DNA of 64,000 nucleotides from a virus (taxonomy: Duplodnaviria > Caudoviricetes), in IMG/VR virus record IMGVR_UViG_2835547190_000003, positions 768-64,767 of that record; one strand, written 5' to 3'. Made by a program: the position numbers and the translations under genes. The number at the start of each line of letters is the position of its first letter. The stretch's first letter is position 1. The notes below the pieces were generated by a model. The model saw only the letters and a list, made by a program, of their open reading frames with translations. It was not told where the DNA came from and ran no database searches. This document shows, piece by piece, positions 26,999 through 36,399 of this stretch.

Positions 26999-27206
26999 CG
27001 CTGGCCTCGTCTCGCGTGGCGTTCGGGTCTGCGCCCGGCTCTGGATCGGCACCACGGCGCGGCGTCGTCACCCGCTCGGCCTTGCCGGCGGCAATAGCAG
27101 CTTCACCGCAGCGCCGCGTCACGCTGCCGGACCAGCCGGCAGGGTAAGCTATCGTCACACCATAGCGCGGCGACCAGTCCATGCTTTCAAGAAAATGGAC
27201 GTGCAT
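26985..27206 (-). CDS. Hypothetical head-region protein
   Basis: AYPAG..V..AIAAGKA motif. Confidence 0.65.
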   Translation of the reverse strand: MHVHFLESMDWSPRYGVTIAYPAGWSGSVTRRCGEAAIAAGKAERVTTPRRGADPEPGADPNATRDEASDGNP

Positions 27207-27643
27207 TAGGTGGTCGCAACTGGCACCGTCGCGTTCGACGCAGCCGTAACGGACCCAGCCGCATTGGTCGCCGTCACGACAACAGTGATAACTGCGCCTT
27301 CTTCGGCGGCGGTCAGTGCGTACGTGGTCGCCGTGGCGCCCTCGATAGCCACATCATCTGCATACCACTGGCGCGCATAGGTTGGCGTCGGTGTGCCGGT
27401 CCAAGTGCCGTTCGTGACGGTCAGCGTCTGGCCCACGGTTGCCGTGCCGGTAATCGCGGGGGCGACCGTATTGGCAGGAGCGACATGCACCGCGCTGATT
27501 TTGAGAGTGCCGCCATCGCTCCAAAGCTGCCCGCTTCCGCTCGGCGCGGAAGTCGGCAACCCTGTGAACTGGACGACGCCGCCAAACACCGAAGTGTCAC
27601 CGCCGTCGGCGTTATAATTCTTTGGTACGTAAGTATCGGCCAT
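27206..27643 (-). CDS. Ig-like domain head decoration protein
   Basis: PAITGTATVGQTLT..GTW..YxxQW..I.GAT..TY. Confidence 0.75.
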   Translation of the reverse strand: MADTYVPKNYNADGGDTSVFGGVVQFTGLPTSAPSGSGQLWSDGGTLKISAVHVAPANTVAPAITGTATVGQTLTVTNGTWTGTPTPTYARQWYADDVAIEGATATTYALTAAEEGAVITVVVTATNAAGSVTAASNATVPVATT

Positions 27644-27671
27644 TTAGCCCTCCAATCTGCTGCGCCCGGCG

Positions 27672-27953
27672 CTACACGCGCAGCAGGCGATAAGGATCAA
27701 GCAATCTGCGTGCGGTCGGGACTTCGGCTTGAATGGTGCCTGTAATGACCGCCTCGCGGTTTTCATACATGCCCGCCATCATAAGCAGCGCGGCGGCGTC
27801 AAACGCGAACTCAGCACCTATCGGCACTTCGCTGCGGTTCGTATATGTCAGCGTCCAGTCTACAGCTGCGGCGAGATACAGCGTGATGGCCGCGTCATCG
27901 TCGCCGAAATCCACCCGCAAGTGCTTTTTGGCGAGCGCAAGGTCTACAGCCAT
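27672..27953 (-). CDS. Head-tail connector (gp6-like)
   Basis: LALAKKHLRVD..YENRE..LLDPYR. Confidence 0.9.
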   Translation of the reverse strand: MAVDLALAKKHLRVDFGDDDAAITLYLAAAVDWTLTYTNRSEVPIGAEFAFDAAALLMMAGMYENREAVITGTIQAEVPTARRLLDPYRLLRV

Positions 27954-28006
27954 TCATGCCTCCATAGGCGGTAGGGCGGCTCGCAAGAGCCGCCCGCGTC
28001 TATTAC

Positions 28007-29212
28007 TTACGCCTCAATCGTGTGATAGCGGAACATCGTAGGGTCGGTGACGCCGCCGCCCACGCGCTTCGTGGTGTAGAACATGACGAAAGGCTTGGAA
28101 GTGTACGGGTCACGCAGGATACGAATACCCATGCGGTCGATCACCAAGTAGCCGCTGAAGTCGCCAAACACGATGGGGATATTGCCCGCGCCGACGTCCG
28201 GCATGGCCGCCATTTCAGTGACCGGGAAGCCGAGCACCGACGCCGGCTGACCAGCCTGAAGGCCGGGCTGCCAGATGAAGTTGCCGTTGCCGTCCTTGAT
28301 CTTGCGGATAGCACCCTGCGTCTTGCGGTTCATGACAAACCGCGCGTTCGGCGTGCGCTCGCTCGGCAGGTCGTAGACCAGATCAATCAGGCCATCCAGC
28401 TTCAGCGCCGTCGCCGCGCCGGACTTCACGGACGGGATAGCGCCCCACGGATGCGCCGGAGTGTCGCCAGCAGCGTACTTCAGGATGCCGCGCGGCTTGT
28501 TAGAACCATCACCGCTCACGAAGGCAAGACCTTCCTGATAGGCGAACTCGGTTTCGACCTCGCCAGCCAGCCACGACTCGATGTTGATTTCGGAGTCGTC
28601 AAGCAGGCGCTGCGTTGCAGCCGGGTTTGCATAGATTTCGCCAGTGGTGAATTTCACCTCGGCGAACTTCGCCGTGGATGTCTCGGGGCGAGCGTCGGTC
28701 TCACCAACCCAGCCCGAGGCAGTGTTGCGGTCATTGTACAGCTTGGAGAAGCCGTTGCCGCTGATCGTCTGTACCGTCGCAATCTGTCGCATCGGAGACA
28801 CGATCTTGAGTTTATCGACAATGGTGCGGTCCCATTCGGTCGGCGCGGTATAGCCGCCGTCTTCAGGCGTACCGACGTTCATGGATGCCTTCGGGCCGCT
28901 GGTCAGCGACTGAAGCTCACGCTCGTCACCCTTACGGAAGAAGCGATCAAACGCCTTGGCGTACTCGCCGCGCTCCGCAGGCTGTTCGTTCGCGCCACTT
29001 ACCTGAAGCGCGCCCAGCTTGGCGTTGGCGTCGTCAATGGCGGCAGTCAGTTTGCCGATTTCGTCATTGATGCGATCGACCTTTTCGGTGCGAACAACAT
29101 CTTCCTGCCCCTTGCGAATATCAGCAAGAGCGGTGTTGTGTTCAGATTTAAAAGCCTCGAAGGCCGCGCCCTGTTTTTCGATCAGAGCAGAAATAGTAGC
29201 GATGTCAGTCAT
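28007..29212 (-). CDS. Major capsid protein (HK97 fold)
   Basis: DGGYTAP, LLDDS, G.G.NKPRG, FGDF, LRDPY..RVGG. Confidence 0.95.
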   Translation of the reverse strand: MTDIATISALIEKQGAAFEAFKSEHNTALADIRKGQEDVVRTEKVDRINDEIGKLTAAIDDANAKLGALQVSGANEQPAERGEYAKAFDRFFRKGDERELQSLTSGPKASMNVGTPEDGGYTAPTEWDRTIVDKLKIVSPMRQIATVQTISGNGFSKLYNDRNTASGWVGETDARPETSTAKFAEVKFTTGEIYANPAATQRLLDDSEINIESWLAGEVETEFAYQEGLAFVSGDGSNKPRGILKYAAGDTPAHPWGAIPSVKSGAATALKLDGLIDLVYDLPSERTPNARFVMNRKTQGAIRKIKDGNGNFIWQPGLQAGQPASVLGFPVTEMAAMPDVGAGNIPIVFGDFSGYLVIDRMGIRILRDPYTSKPFVMFYTTKRVGGGVTDPTMFRYHTIEA

Positions 29213-30098
29213 AATGAGTCTCCATTGCTGACGTTAATTTCGTTAGTGAAGCCGCAAGCGCGGCGTAATCAGACGGTGCAACATCAGCGTTGGAATCCGG
29301 CACAGCGGCATCATCGCGCGCGGCTTTCTTCATGTCTGAGATGGTAGTTTTCGCGTCCTTTGCAGACGCACCAGCCATGCGCAGAGCGCGCTCAGCTTTC
29401 TTTTCGGCCCGAACTACCTGCGCCAAGGCGCGGGCATTGGGATCATTCTTCACGCGGTCAGCGGGCAGCAATTCAGTCGCGAATCCCGCGTCAATTGCCT
29501 CTTGGCCAGAAAACCATGTTTCCGCATTCATCCATGCGGCAACATCATCGGCAGAATTACCCGTGCGGGCCTCGTAAACCGCTGCCATGTTTGCATCGAA
29601 CTGCTCCATGGTCTGCGCCATCTCGGCAAAATCATTCCGATTGCCTATGGCAACAGTCCAACAGTTATGAATCATGATGCTGGCTGCCGCACCGATCTCG
29701 ATTTCATCGCCAGCCATAGCGATAACCGAAGCGGCGCTTGCCGCCAGCCCGAGCACCTTGACTTTGACCGACAGCCCATGTGCCTCGGCGTGATCGCGAA
29801 TCTTGTTGTAGATCGCGACGCCCTCGAACATATCGCCGCCGGGCGAATTAATATGAACCTCAAAGTCACGACGCCCGATCTGGCGCAGCGCGCCGTCAAG
29901 CCTGCGCAGCGTGAAGCCGCCGCCAGTCCAGAAGTCCTCGCCGATCACGTCATAAATACTGACAACATTGTCGCCCACAGCATCAGCAGAACGGACGCCA
30001 GAATCCCATCGATCAAGCACAGTTTCAGGTGTGCGCGCACTGACATTATGCCGGCGGGCTAACACCCCCCCCGGCACCTCAATTCTTGGCATATTCAT
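29205..30098 (-). CDS. Head maturation protease, ClpP-type
   Basis: HINSPGG, GLAASAASVI, IMIHN, ETW..GFA. Confidence 0.92.
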   Translation of the reverse strand: MNMPRIEVPGGVLARRHNVSARTPETVLDRWDSGVRSADAVGDNVVSIYDVIGEDFWTGGGFTLRRLDGALRQIGRRDFEVHINSPGGDMFEGVAIYNKIRDHAEAHGLSVKVKVLGLAASAASVIAMAGDEIEIGAAASIMIHNCWTVAIGNRNDFAEMAQTMEQFDANMAAVYEARTGNSADDVAAWMNAETWFSGQEAIDAGFATELLPADRVKNDPNARALAQVVRAEKKAERALRMAGASAKDAKTTISDMKKAARDDAAVPDSNADVAPSDYAALAASLTKLTSAMETHYD

Positions 30099-30102
30099 AT
30101 AT

Positions 30103-31365
30103 TTAATCCTGTGTCGGCGCGTTGGCCGTTGATGGCTGCGCGCCAATCGGAGCCATGTTCAGCGGCTGCAAATACTCGTCACCACCGTCGATCGGGTTCA
30201 TGTCTTCCAGCGCGCGAATATCGTTGGACGATAGCCAGCCCCACTGCTTGCCGGTAGCGTAAGCCGCGTACCTCGCTGACGTGTCGCCTTTCAAAAGCCC
30301 GGCGATGTTGAATTTGGCGTAGACGTCGGTTTCTTTCTCGTCGATCAGGTCGCGGGCAATCGCCTGCTCCCACATCGTGAGCCAGTCCTGCATCGTGTAG
30401 GTAACAAACCCGATGCCCATCTGCTCGATGCCAGTGCCCCAGCTAGACGCCTTGTCGTTCAGGCCAATCAGATGCAGCGGTACGCCAAAGTACATGCCGA
30501 TTTCTGCCAGAGATTGAACACGCGTCTCGATGAACTGCGCATCAACCGACGTCATAGTGAGGCGCTGGTAATCCATTCCCTCTTCGAGAATTAGATCGCG
30601 CCCTTCAAGCGCCCCGTCGCTGCGGTAATAGTCAAGGCTTTCTCGAAGGGCAACAATCCCCTCCTCATCTAGTTTGCCGGGGTGCTTGATAACGCCCCCT
30701 GCCCGCGTCCCGTTGCGGAACAGCGAGCCAGCGTGCCTCTCGGTGGACAGCGCAAGGTCCATAGATTCCCGCGCATAGGTGATAACCGGCAACCCGGTGA
30801 TCCCGTCCATTGTCAACCCACGGAGATGAAGCATCTTATCTTGCTTCAAAATCTGACGCTGGCCGCTCGGTAGCGTCACCGTGTATATCAGCGACAGGTC
30901 GCGCTCCTGCTTGACCTCAACGTTATCGGCATTGAGCGGGATAAGCTCCAGCAACTTCTTGCCAGACGTTACCTTGTAGGCATAGCCATTCCCGCGAAGC
31001 AGCACCGATGCCTGCAACATGCGCCGAAACTCCGCCGGCGTTTGCCAGCGGTTCGGTTTTCGCCGGAGGATCGACCATAACTGATGGTCCTCGGCATCAC
31101 GTCGCTCGTCGCCAATGCGCCGCTTCAAGTCCAGCGGCAAGGTCGCCACACCGCCAGAAATCAGGTTGACGCACCGCCACACCGCCGAAATCTTCATCGC
31201 CGTGTCAGCGGTCACGTTTGCGCTGCTTGCCGACTGCCCCGCGAGGTAATCGGCAAGCGCCCCTGTCTGGGCATTATAAGCAGGCCCCACAAACGCCGGT
31301 TCTCGTCGTGGCGCAGCAGAAGACGGCGGCCCTTTCGAGCCGCGCCACCAATCCATAAAGCCCAT
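30103..31365 (-). CDS. Portal protein (HK97-like)
   Basis: LRGNGYA, DAQFIETR, FGVP, NDIRALED. Confidence 0.95.
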   Translation of the reverse strand: MGFMDWWRGSKGPPSSAAPRREPAFVGPAYNAQTGALADYLAGQSASSANVTADTAMKISAVWRCVNLISGGVATLPLDLKRRIGDERRDAEDHQLWSILRRKPNRWQTPAEFRRMLQASVLLRGNGYAYKVTSGKKLLELIPLNADNVEVKQERDLSLIYTVTLPSGQRQILKQDKMLHLRGLTMDGITGLPVITYARESMDLALSTERHAGSLFRNGTRAGGVIKHPGKLDEEGIVALRESLDYYRSDGALEGRDLILEEGMDYQRLTMTSVDAQFIETRVQSLAEIGMYFGVPLHLIGLNDKASSWGTGIEQMGIGFVTYTMQDWLTMWEQAIARDLIDEKETDVYAKFNIAGLLKGDTSARYAAYATGKQWGWLSSNDIRALEDMNPIDGGDEYLQPLNMAPIGAQPSTANAPTQD

Positions 31366-31372
31366 GCGGCCC

Positions 31373-32935
31373 TCACATAATTAAAAGGCCGCGGCCTTTG
31401 CGGTAGACGGATTCTTTCGGCTCCCCGGTCTCATAAGTGCCCGACGCGCCCACGGCCATTGCCAGCGCTACAGCACCGTCAATACGCCCACGAGATTTCT
31501 GCTTATCCAGTTTTCGGTTGCCAGACGGGTCCACCTTCACAGTGGAGTTCATCATGCACATATTCAGCAGCGGATGTTCCCCATGCGCCAGTCGCTTATT
31601 GAGGATCATTTCCTCCAAGGACCGCAGCGCAGGCGACATTGAGGCATAACCCTGCCCAAACTGCTCGAATATGGCTTCATCACCCTCTAGATCGCCCTCA
31701 CTGAACCCGGCCTTAAGTAGCCACGGCTTGAAATGGCGCCAGTTCCATCGGTCAAACGCTATCTTACGCAGGTCAAGCTTCTGATGAAGATCGAACAGGT
31801 AATGAGCGACGAATTCGTAATCGACGGTTGGGCCGTCTGGCGCTTCAAGAAAACCTTGATCGTGCCAAACATCATAAGGCACGCGATCATCTTTCGCCTT
31901 CTGCCGCAACCCGTCACCGGGAAGCCAGAACGTCGGACGCACATGCCAGACACCATCTTTCGGCGCCATCAGCACCAAAGCGGTCAAGTCGCTAACTTCC
32001 GACAAGTCCAGCCCACCGAAGACCGGCAGACCTTCAAAACCTGCCAGATCAGCAGTACCGCACTCTTTCCAAACCGCTGGCGTCACAAACGGGGCGGATG
32101 CGTCAATGCGCTGATTTAAATGCAACCATCGAAAGCTTGCTTCCGCCGTAGGCTGTCGCGCTGCGCGAGCCGCGAAATCACGAACATCGCTTACCGCTTT
32201 GAATATACCAAGCGCCGGATTAGCCGCCTTCCACGCATCTTCATCTTGCAGGTCGCACTCCGCCGGGGCGGTATAAACATGGCTAACAATACGGGGGTCT
32301 TTGGAAGTTTCAGCATCATCAAGCCAGCGACTGAACAAATCGTTGTCGGTTGCGGCCTGTGTCGAAATGGCGATTAACAGCGCCAAGCCTTCATAGGCAC
32401 CTTGCGACGTTTCAATCGCCTCAACGAAATCATCATGCGGGCCTTTAACCTGGCCGACCTCATCGAGGATCGCCAAAATTGGGCTGCCACCGTGAGCCGT
32501 CGCAGCCTCTGCTGAAATAGCCTGGTATTCAACGTTCTTAGCGTAACCGATAATGGTTTTGCTGGATGGAACGCACTTCGCCAGCTTACTCAACTCCGGC
32601 GACATCATAATCATTTTGCTGGCGTAGTTAAAAACTTCGGCAGCCTGTTTGCGTGAACGAGCGCCTGAAATAATGCGGCTGTTCTGATACGCCTCCGGGC
32701 CAACGATGTGAGCAAGAAGCAAGCATGCGATGATCGCCGTTTTTCCGTTCTTTCGGGCAATGGACAGATAAGCCCGCGATGTGCCGCTGGGGTTGTCGTA
32801 AATATCCAATATGAACCGCTTTTGGAACGGCAAAAGCACCACAGGCTTACCCAGAAGCGTGCCTTCCGGCACGATGCAATATCGTTCGATAAACGCAATA
32901 ACACGCTCGCCGCGAGTCATGGTCCTTCGCTTCAT
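31373..32935 (-). CDS. terL: Terminase large subunit
   Basis: ARKNGKT Walker A, ILDE Walker B, GGLDLS, RIDGAVA. Confidence 0.95.
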   Translation of the reverse strand: MKRRTMTRGERVIAFIERYCIVPEGTLLGKPVVLLPFQKRFILDIYDNPSGTSRAYLSIARKNGKTAIIACLLLAHIVGPEAYQNSRIISGARSRKQAAEVFNYASKMIMMSPELSKLAKCVPSSKTIIGYAKNVEYQAISAEAATAHGGSPILAILDEVGQVKGPHDDFVEAIETSQGAYEGLALLIAISTQAATDNDLFSRWLDDAETSKDPRIVSHVYTAPAECDLQDEDAWKAANPALGIFKAVSDVRDFAARAARQPTAEASFRWLHLNQRIDASAPFVTPAVWKECGTADLAGFEGLPVFGGLDLSEVSDLTALVLMAPKDGVWHVRPTFWLPGDGLRQKAKDDRVPYDVWHDQGFLEAPDGPTVDYEFVAHYLFDLHQKLDLRKIAFDRWNWRHFKPWLLKAGFSEGDLEGDEAIFEQFGQGYASMSPALRSLEEMILNKRLAHGEHPLLNMCMMNSTVKVDPSGNRKLDKQKSRGRIDGAVALAMAVGASGTYETGEPKESVYRKGRGLLIM

Positions 32936-33396
32936 TCAGGTCGCGCCAATAAATCATCGTCGAGCGGGCTGCCTGCCTCGATCTCTTTTGCAGTCGCACG
33001 ACGCTTCGCCACATCTCTGCTTTCTCCCGCTTGCGCACGCGCGTGAAGCGACAACGACCGGCGAAAGGAGAGGATCGAACTGGCGTGCATCTGGACCAGA
33101 CTTTTGCGCGGGTTAACCACGGGTGTGCCTTTTTCAGAGTAGGCAATACCGCCCTCGCCCCGTAATAAATCCTGCTCGCGCACTAAGTCAGCCATCGTGC
33201 GGGCCAGCATTGCGGCAAGCTCCAATTGATGTGCTGACCATTCAGAACGGGCGTATTCAGCAATCACATTTTCAAAAAATGGAATATCTTTTTCATCAAG
33301 CGGCACATTATAAGGATGGGGGATTTCATTTGCCGCCTTACCCATAACGCGCACGGATTCAGCAGCGCTATCAATACGCGCTTTGCGCTTAGCCAT
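32932..33396 (-). CDS. terS: Terminase small subunit (P27-like)
   Basis: Directly upstream of terL; VVNP motif. Confidence 0.8.
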   Translation of the reverse strand: MAKRKARIDSAAESVRVMGKAANEIPHPYNVPLDEKDIPFFENVIAEYARSEWSAHQLELAAMLARTMADLVREQDLLRGEGGIAYSEKGTPVVNPRKSLVQMHASSILSFRRSLSLHARAQAGESRDVAKRRATAKEIEAGSPLDDDLLARPE

Positions 33397-33558
33397 GGTG
33401 CGCCCTCATAGAAAAAACTGTATTAGCGTTAAATGTCGAGGACCCCGCCGGTCCGCGCCCCATCGGCTTGAGACTTTTGAGGCCCCCTACCGTTGCTGAA
33501 TTGCAACACATTTCAAAATCGTTGCAAAAATGTCACAATATCGATTCTCGATCGGCGC

Positions 33559-33852
33559 TCACTCAATGGGGTATCCGTCATCGCCGAGCCGAATGATCTT
33601 CTGCCCAAGCTCTTCACGCTGCTTATCGCTGTCGTGGCATCGCTTGCATAGCGGCTGCAAATTCGACCCATCCCAGAACATGGCCTCATCGCCCTTATGT
33701 GGTGTGATGTGGTCTACAACGGTGGCAGGCTCAACGTCGCCCGCACGAAGACAGTACATGCAAAGCGGTTGCTCGGTTAGGATGCGCTCGCGGAGTCGCT
33801 GCCAGCGAGCGAGCTTATAAAGGCGCTGCCAAGGGCGAGCGTCATTGGACAT
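33559..33852 (-). CDS. HNH endonuclease (cos-packaging associated)
   Basis: PLCxxC..VVDHITPHKGD..NLQPLCKRCH; adjacent to terS. Confidence 0.9.
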   Translation of the reverse strand: MSNDARPWQRLYKLARWQRLRERILTEQPLCMYCLRAGDVEPATVVDHITPHKGDEAMFWDGSNLQPLCKRCHDSDKQREELGQKIIRLGDDGYPIE

Positions 33853-33916
33853 GATACACCAAATAGTAACCCGCCGGGGTGCGCTTCCATGGAGAGGCGG
33901 GGCAGGTGTTGTTGAT

Positions 33917-33993
33917 TGGTTGCGGCAGGTGGGATTTGCACCCACGACCTCCTGGTTATGAGCCAGGCGAGATAACTACTTCTCCACTCCGCA
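33917..33993 (-). tRNA. tRNA-Met(CAT), initiator-like but atypical
   Basis: Cloverleaf with anticodon arm CCTGG-CTCATAA-CCAGG, T arm GTGGG-TGCAAAT-CCCAC, encoded ACCA end. Confidence 0.85.
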
Positions 33994-33997
33994 GAAC

Positions 33998-34074
33998 TGG
34001 TCAGGGATGATGGATTCGAACCACCGTCTCGCGGGTCCAAGCCGCGAACTTTAACCAGACTAAGCTAATCCCTG
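33998..34074 (-). tRNA. tRNA-Pro(TGG)
   Basis: Acceptor CAGGGAT/ATCCCTG, anticodon arm CGCGG-CTTGGAC-CCGCG, TTCGAAT loop, ACCA end. Confidence 0.9.
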
Positions 34075-34079
34075 TTAAT

Positions 34080-34738
34080 AGACTGCTCCACGTAGAAGGC
34101 TTGAGCGCCGTCCTTCTACGCAACCGCGTAATCGCGCGCTGGCGCGCATCGAAGCAGAGGCCGGAGCAAAGACGCGGATGACATGAGCAGAGCCGCAGAC
34201 ATAAAAACTAACCGCGGCGCGGGAGCCAGAATAACTGACTACAACCGCGCCGCTATCCCGTCTGCTGGAGGAGAAAACAGCGCCGGGGATAATGGATAAG
34301 CCACAAGACACCATTTCACGCGTCGCGCCATAAAGGCCGGTGACTGCGCTACTTCCGCATCGCGGAGGGTCGGCGACTTATTCATGAATAAGTGGACGCG
34401 TAGATTAACGTGGCAGCGCCCAAGCCACATCATAGAGACAGCAAACGAACGACCGTGCACGGCCTTTTCAGCATCCGGGTGCCCATGGTTGTCCCGACCA
34501 CGATGTGACGGTCGCCGCTCCTGCGCATAATGCAGACGGGTTGCGCTCATCCGTATAACGATACTGCGTTTGCTGTTGGCGTCAGCGGCCCATGGGTAAC
34601 TGTGCTGCAAGTGCAGCGTCCATCGCCTGCCGCTGAATAGTTACCCCACACTCAGCGGCTGCAACGAAGTGCAGCATGGCGCAGGGTCCGCTCGATGGCG
34701 GAAACAGTGTGGGGCAACCACAATGGCGGCTGAACCCC
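34080..34738 (-). ncRNA. Putative large structured RNA / late-operon leader
   Basis: No convincing ORF; dense nested 6-13 bp helices (see findings); strand inferred from the adjacent tRNAs and promoter. Confidence 0.6.
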
Positions 34739-34741
34739 TTC

Positions 34742-34772
34742 ACTATACTCCGCACGAGATCGCGTTTTATGG
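34742..34772 (-). promoter_or_regulatory. Putative late promoter
   Basis: TATAGT -10 (34742-34747) without canonical -35, right after a putative regulator gene. Confidence 0.4.
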
Positions 34773-34774
34773 AC

Positions 34775-35689
34775 CTATGCCGCGTATTTTTTTATTGCGG
34801 CGGCAAGGTTGTCATTAGCCGCGAGCAATGCCCGCTTACCGCCTTTTCTACGCGAGTACTCTCCAGCCATACCGATTGACTGGCCCACATCCTTGTAAGT
34901 TTTCGCCTCCAGTGCGGCATCAAGCGCATCTCGGTCCCGGTCTTTTAGTTCCTGCAAGGCGTCAAACCAGACGTCTCGATCAATCATCGCTGACAGTGTG
35001 TCTTCCCATTTTTCACCGCCACCGCCAGCGCAGGTTGTTTTCCTCATGCCGAGGAAACTATCAGCAGCCTTCGGTGAGCCGCACGGCAAGCCCTTCGGGA
35101 AATGCGTATATGTAACTTTCTCCATATCGGTATTTGCGTAAGCTTCAGCCAATATCGCCTTGGATTGCTCCGCGGTGTAATTCTCGCCGTTGCGCCTTTT
35201 ACCATTCGGAATGTAACGGTGCGGGGCCGTACTCAACATATCCTCGAAATACTGGTTGCTGGCCTTGATTTCTTGTGGGTTCGCATCGCCACCAGAAACA
35301 CGGTCAGGCTTATCTCGCATCCCCATCATCGCACCCGCTGGCATTCGTATGTCTGCCTGAATGACCTCGCCGTCGATACCTGTCACGTAGCCCTTCTCTG
35401 TCAACCGTCCATCGCTGAAGCGCAGTCGACCAATGCGCACAATCTGACCATCGCTATTGCGCTCAATGTCGTCTGTTGCAACCTGCCGCATGATTTCCTG
35501 TACCGATGGCGTCTGCCTCCAATCCCGCTCATATCGCATATCGGCAACCTCCTCTGGATCGGCATTGTCATTTGCTGTGGCCACGGCCCAGTTGGTTTGC
35601 AATGGCTCAAATTTTTCTTCTGGCCTGCTGCGATACGCCTTCAATGCCTGAAGCTGATCGGCCATCGACCCGCGTCTGTTTTTGCTCAT
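34775..35689 (-). CDS. Putative late-gene transcription regulator (C-terminal sigma-region-4-like HTH)
   Basis: ALQELKDRDR..KTYKDVGQSIG; last early gene before the late operon. Confidence 0.55.
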   Translation of the reverse strand: MSKNRRGSMADQLQALKAYRSRPEEKFEPLQTNWAVATANDNADPEEVADMRYERDWRQTPSVQEIMRQVATDDIERNSDGQIVRIGRLRFSDGRLTEKGYVTGIDGEVIQADIRMPAGAMMGMRDKPDRVSGGDANPQEIKASNQYFEDMLSTAPHRYIPNGKRRNGENYTAEQSKAILAEAYANTDMEKVTYTHFPKGLPCGSPKAADSFLGMRKTTCAGGGGEKWEDTLSAMIDRDVWFDALQELKDRDRDALDAALEAKTYKDVGQSIGMAGEYSRRKGGKRALLAANDNLAAAIKKYAA

Positions 35690-36219
35690 ACGTTGCCCTC
35701 CGCTCGCTCGATTTCTGTCCGGTCATCATTCCCCGCGAGGAATGCCAGCACGAGTGCGACGGCCTTCTCTGCCGCCTCTTCCTCGCTGGCTGCGGTGACT
35801 ATCTCCACGACATGCCCTAAACGGGCCAAATTCGCGTGCCTGTCGCGTTGTGCTACTGTTGGGCGACTTCCCTTCACCTTATTCTCGATTAGCAGCAGGC
35901 GGCCAAATTTGGCGTAAATACGTAAATCCGGCTCTCCGGCTGTCATCCCGGTGGCTATTGCGATGGTGCGAGCCTTGGGACCGCGACGCTCTGCGTTCAT
36001 GTCGCCAGCAAGGAGAAATTCCCCTCCGTACTGCGGTAGCTGGCGCAAGCGGCGAACCTGCGCCGCTTGTAATTCCCATTCCAGCGGCAGGGCTGGCTTG
36101 GTGGTGACTTTACCGTTGCGTGTCGTGATTTTGGTCCGAACGCCGTTGATGCGGACGGTTTGGGTTTTGGTGGTGGGTCTGGACGTAGGCGAAAGCGCGC
36201 GTGCGCTGCTGCGTGCCAT
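35686..36219 (-). CDS. VRR-NUC domain nuclease
   Basis: EWELQ..GEPDL..IENK..QxxRH..LGH. Confidence 0.85.
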   Translation of the reverse strand: MARSSARALSPTSRPTTKTQTVRINGVRTKITTRNGKVTTKPALPLEWELQAAQVRRLRQLPQYGGEFLLAGDMNAERRGPKARTIAIATGMTAGEPDLRIYAKFGRLLLIENKVKGSRPTVAQRDRHANLARLGHVVEIVTAASEEEAAEKAVALVLAFLAGNDDRTEIERAEGNV

Positions 36220-36399
36220 ATCTGCTCCTCGTGTTATGGTCGTGGCTGGTAAGGCCGGTGGCGCGGAGTTAACGGGCGCCGATCTGCGCGGTATGCAGAA
36301 ACAGTGAAAATGACTCCAACCGATTTAGCAAGTGTTTTTTTGGCGGATGGCGTAACCCGGCCTTTCAGGTTGTATTTTTAAAATCTCTTTTTTCCTAAA

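Noticed and set aside
28022-29347. Long plus-strand ORFs opposite structural and replication genes (also 18843, 35102, 38887, 46180, 50492)
   Set aside because: Antisense shadows of GC-rich genes, with no RBS or recognisable motifs.
33420-33550. Exact cos site
   Set aside because: The location between HNH and terS is plausible, but the cohesive end cannot be identified from sequence alone.
34239-34610. 123-aa ORF in the late leader
   Set aside because: TTG start without RBS and atypical composition. Pairing density fits RNA structure better.
34080-34738. Structured region as a phage tmRNA or group I/II intron
   Set aside because: No tRNA-Ala-like acceptor/T arm, no tag reading frame, no recognisable intron core motifs, and no interrupted gene.
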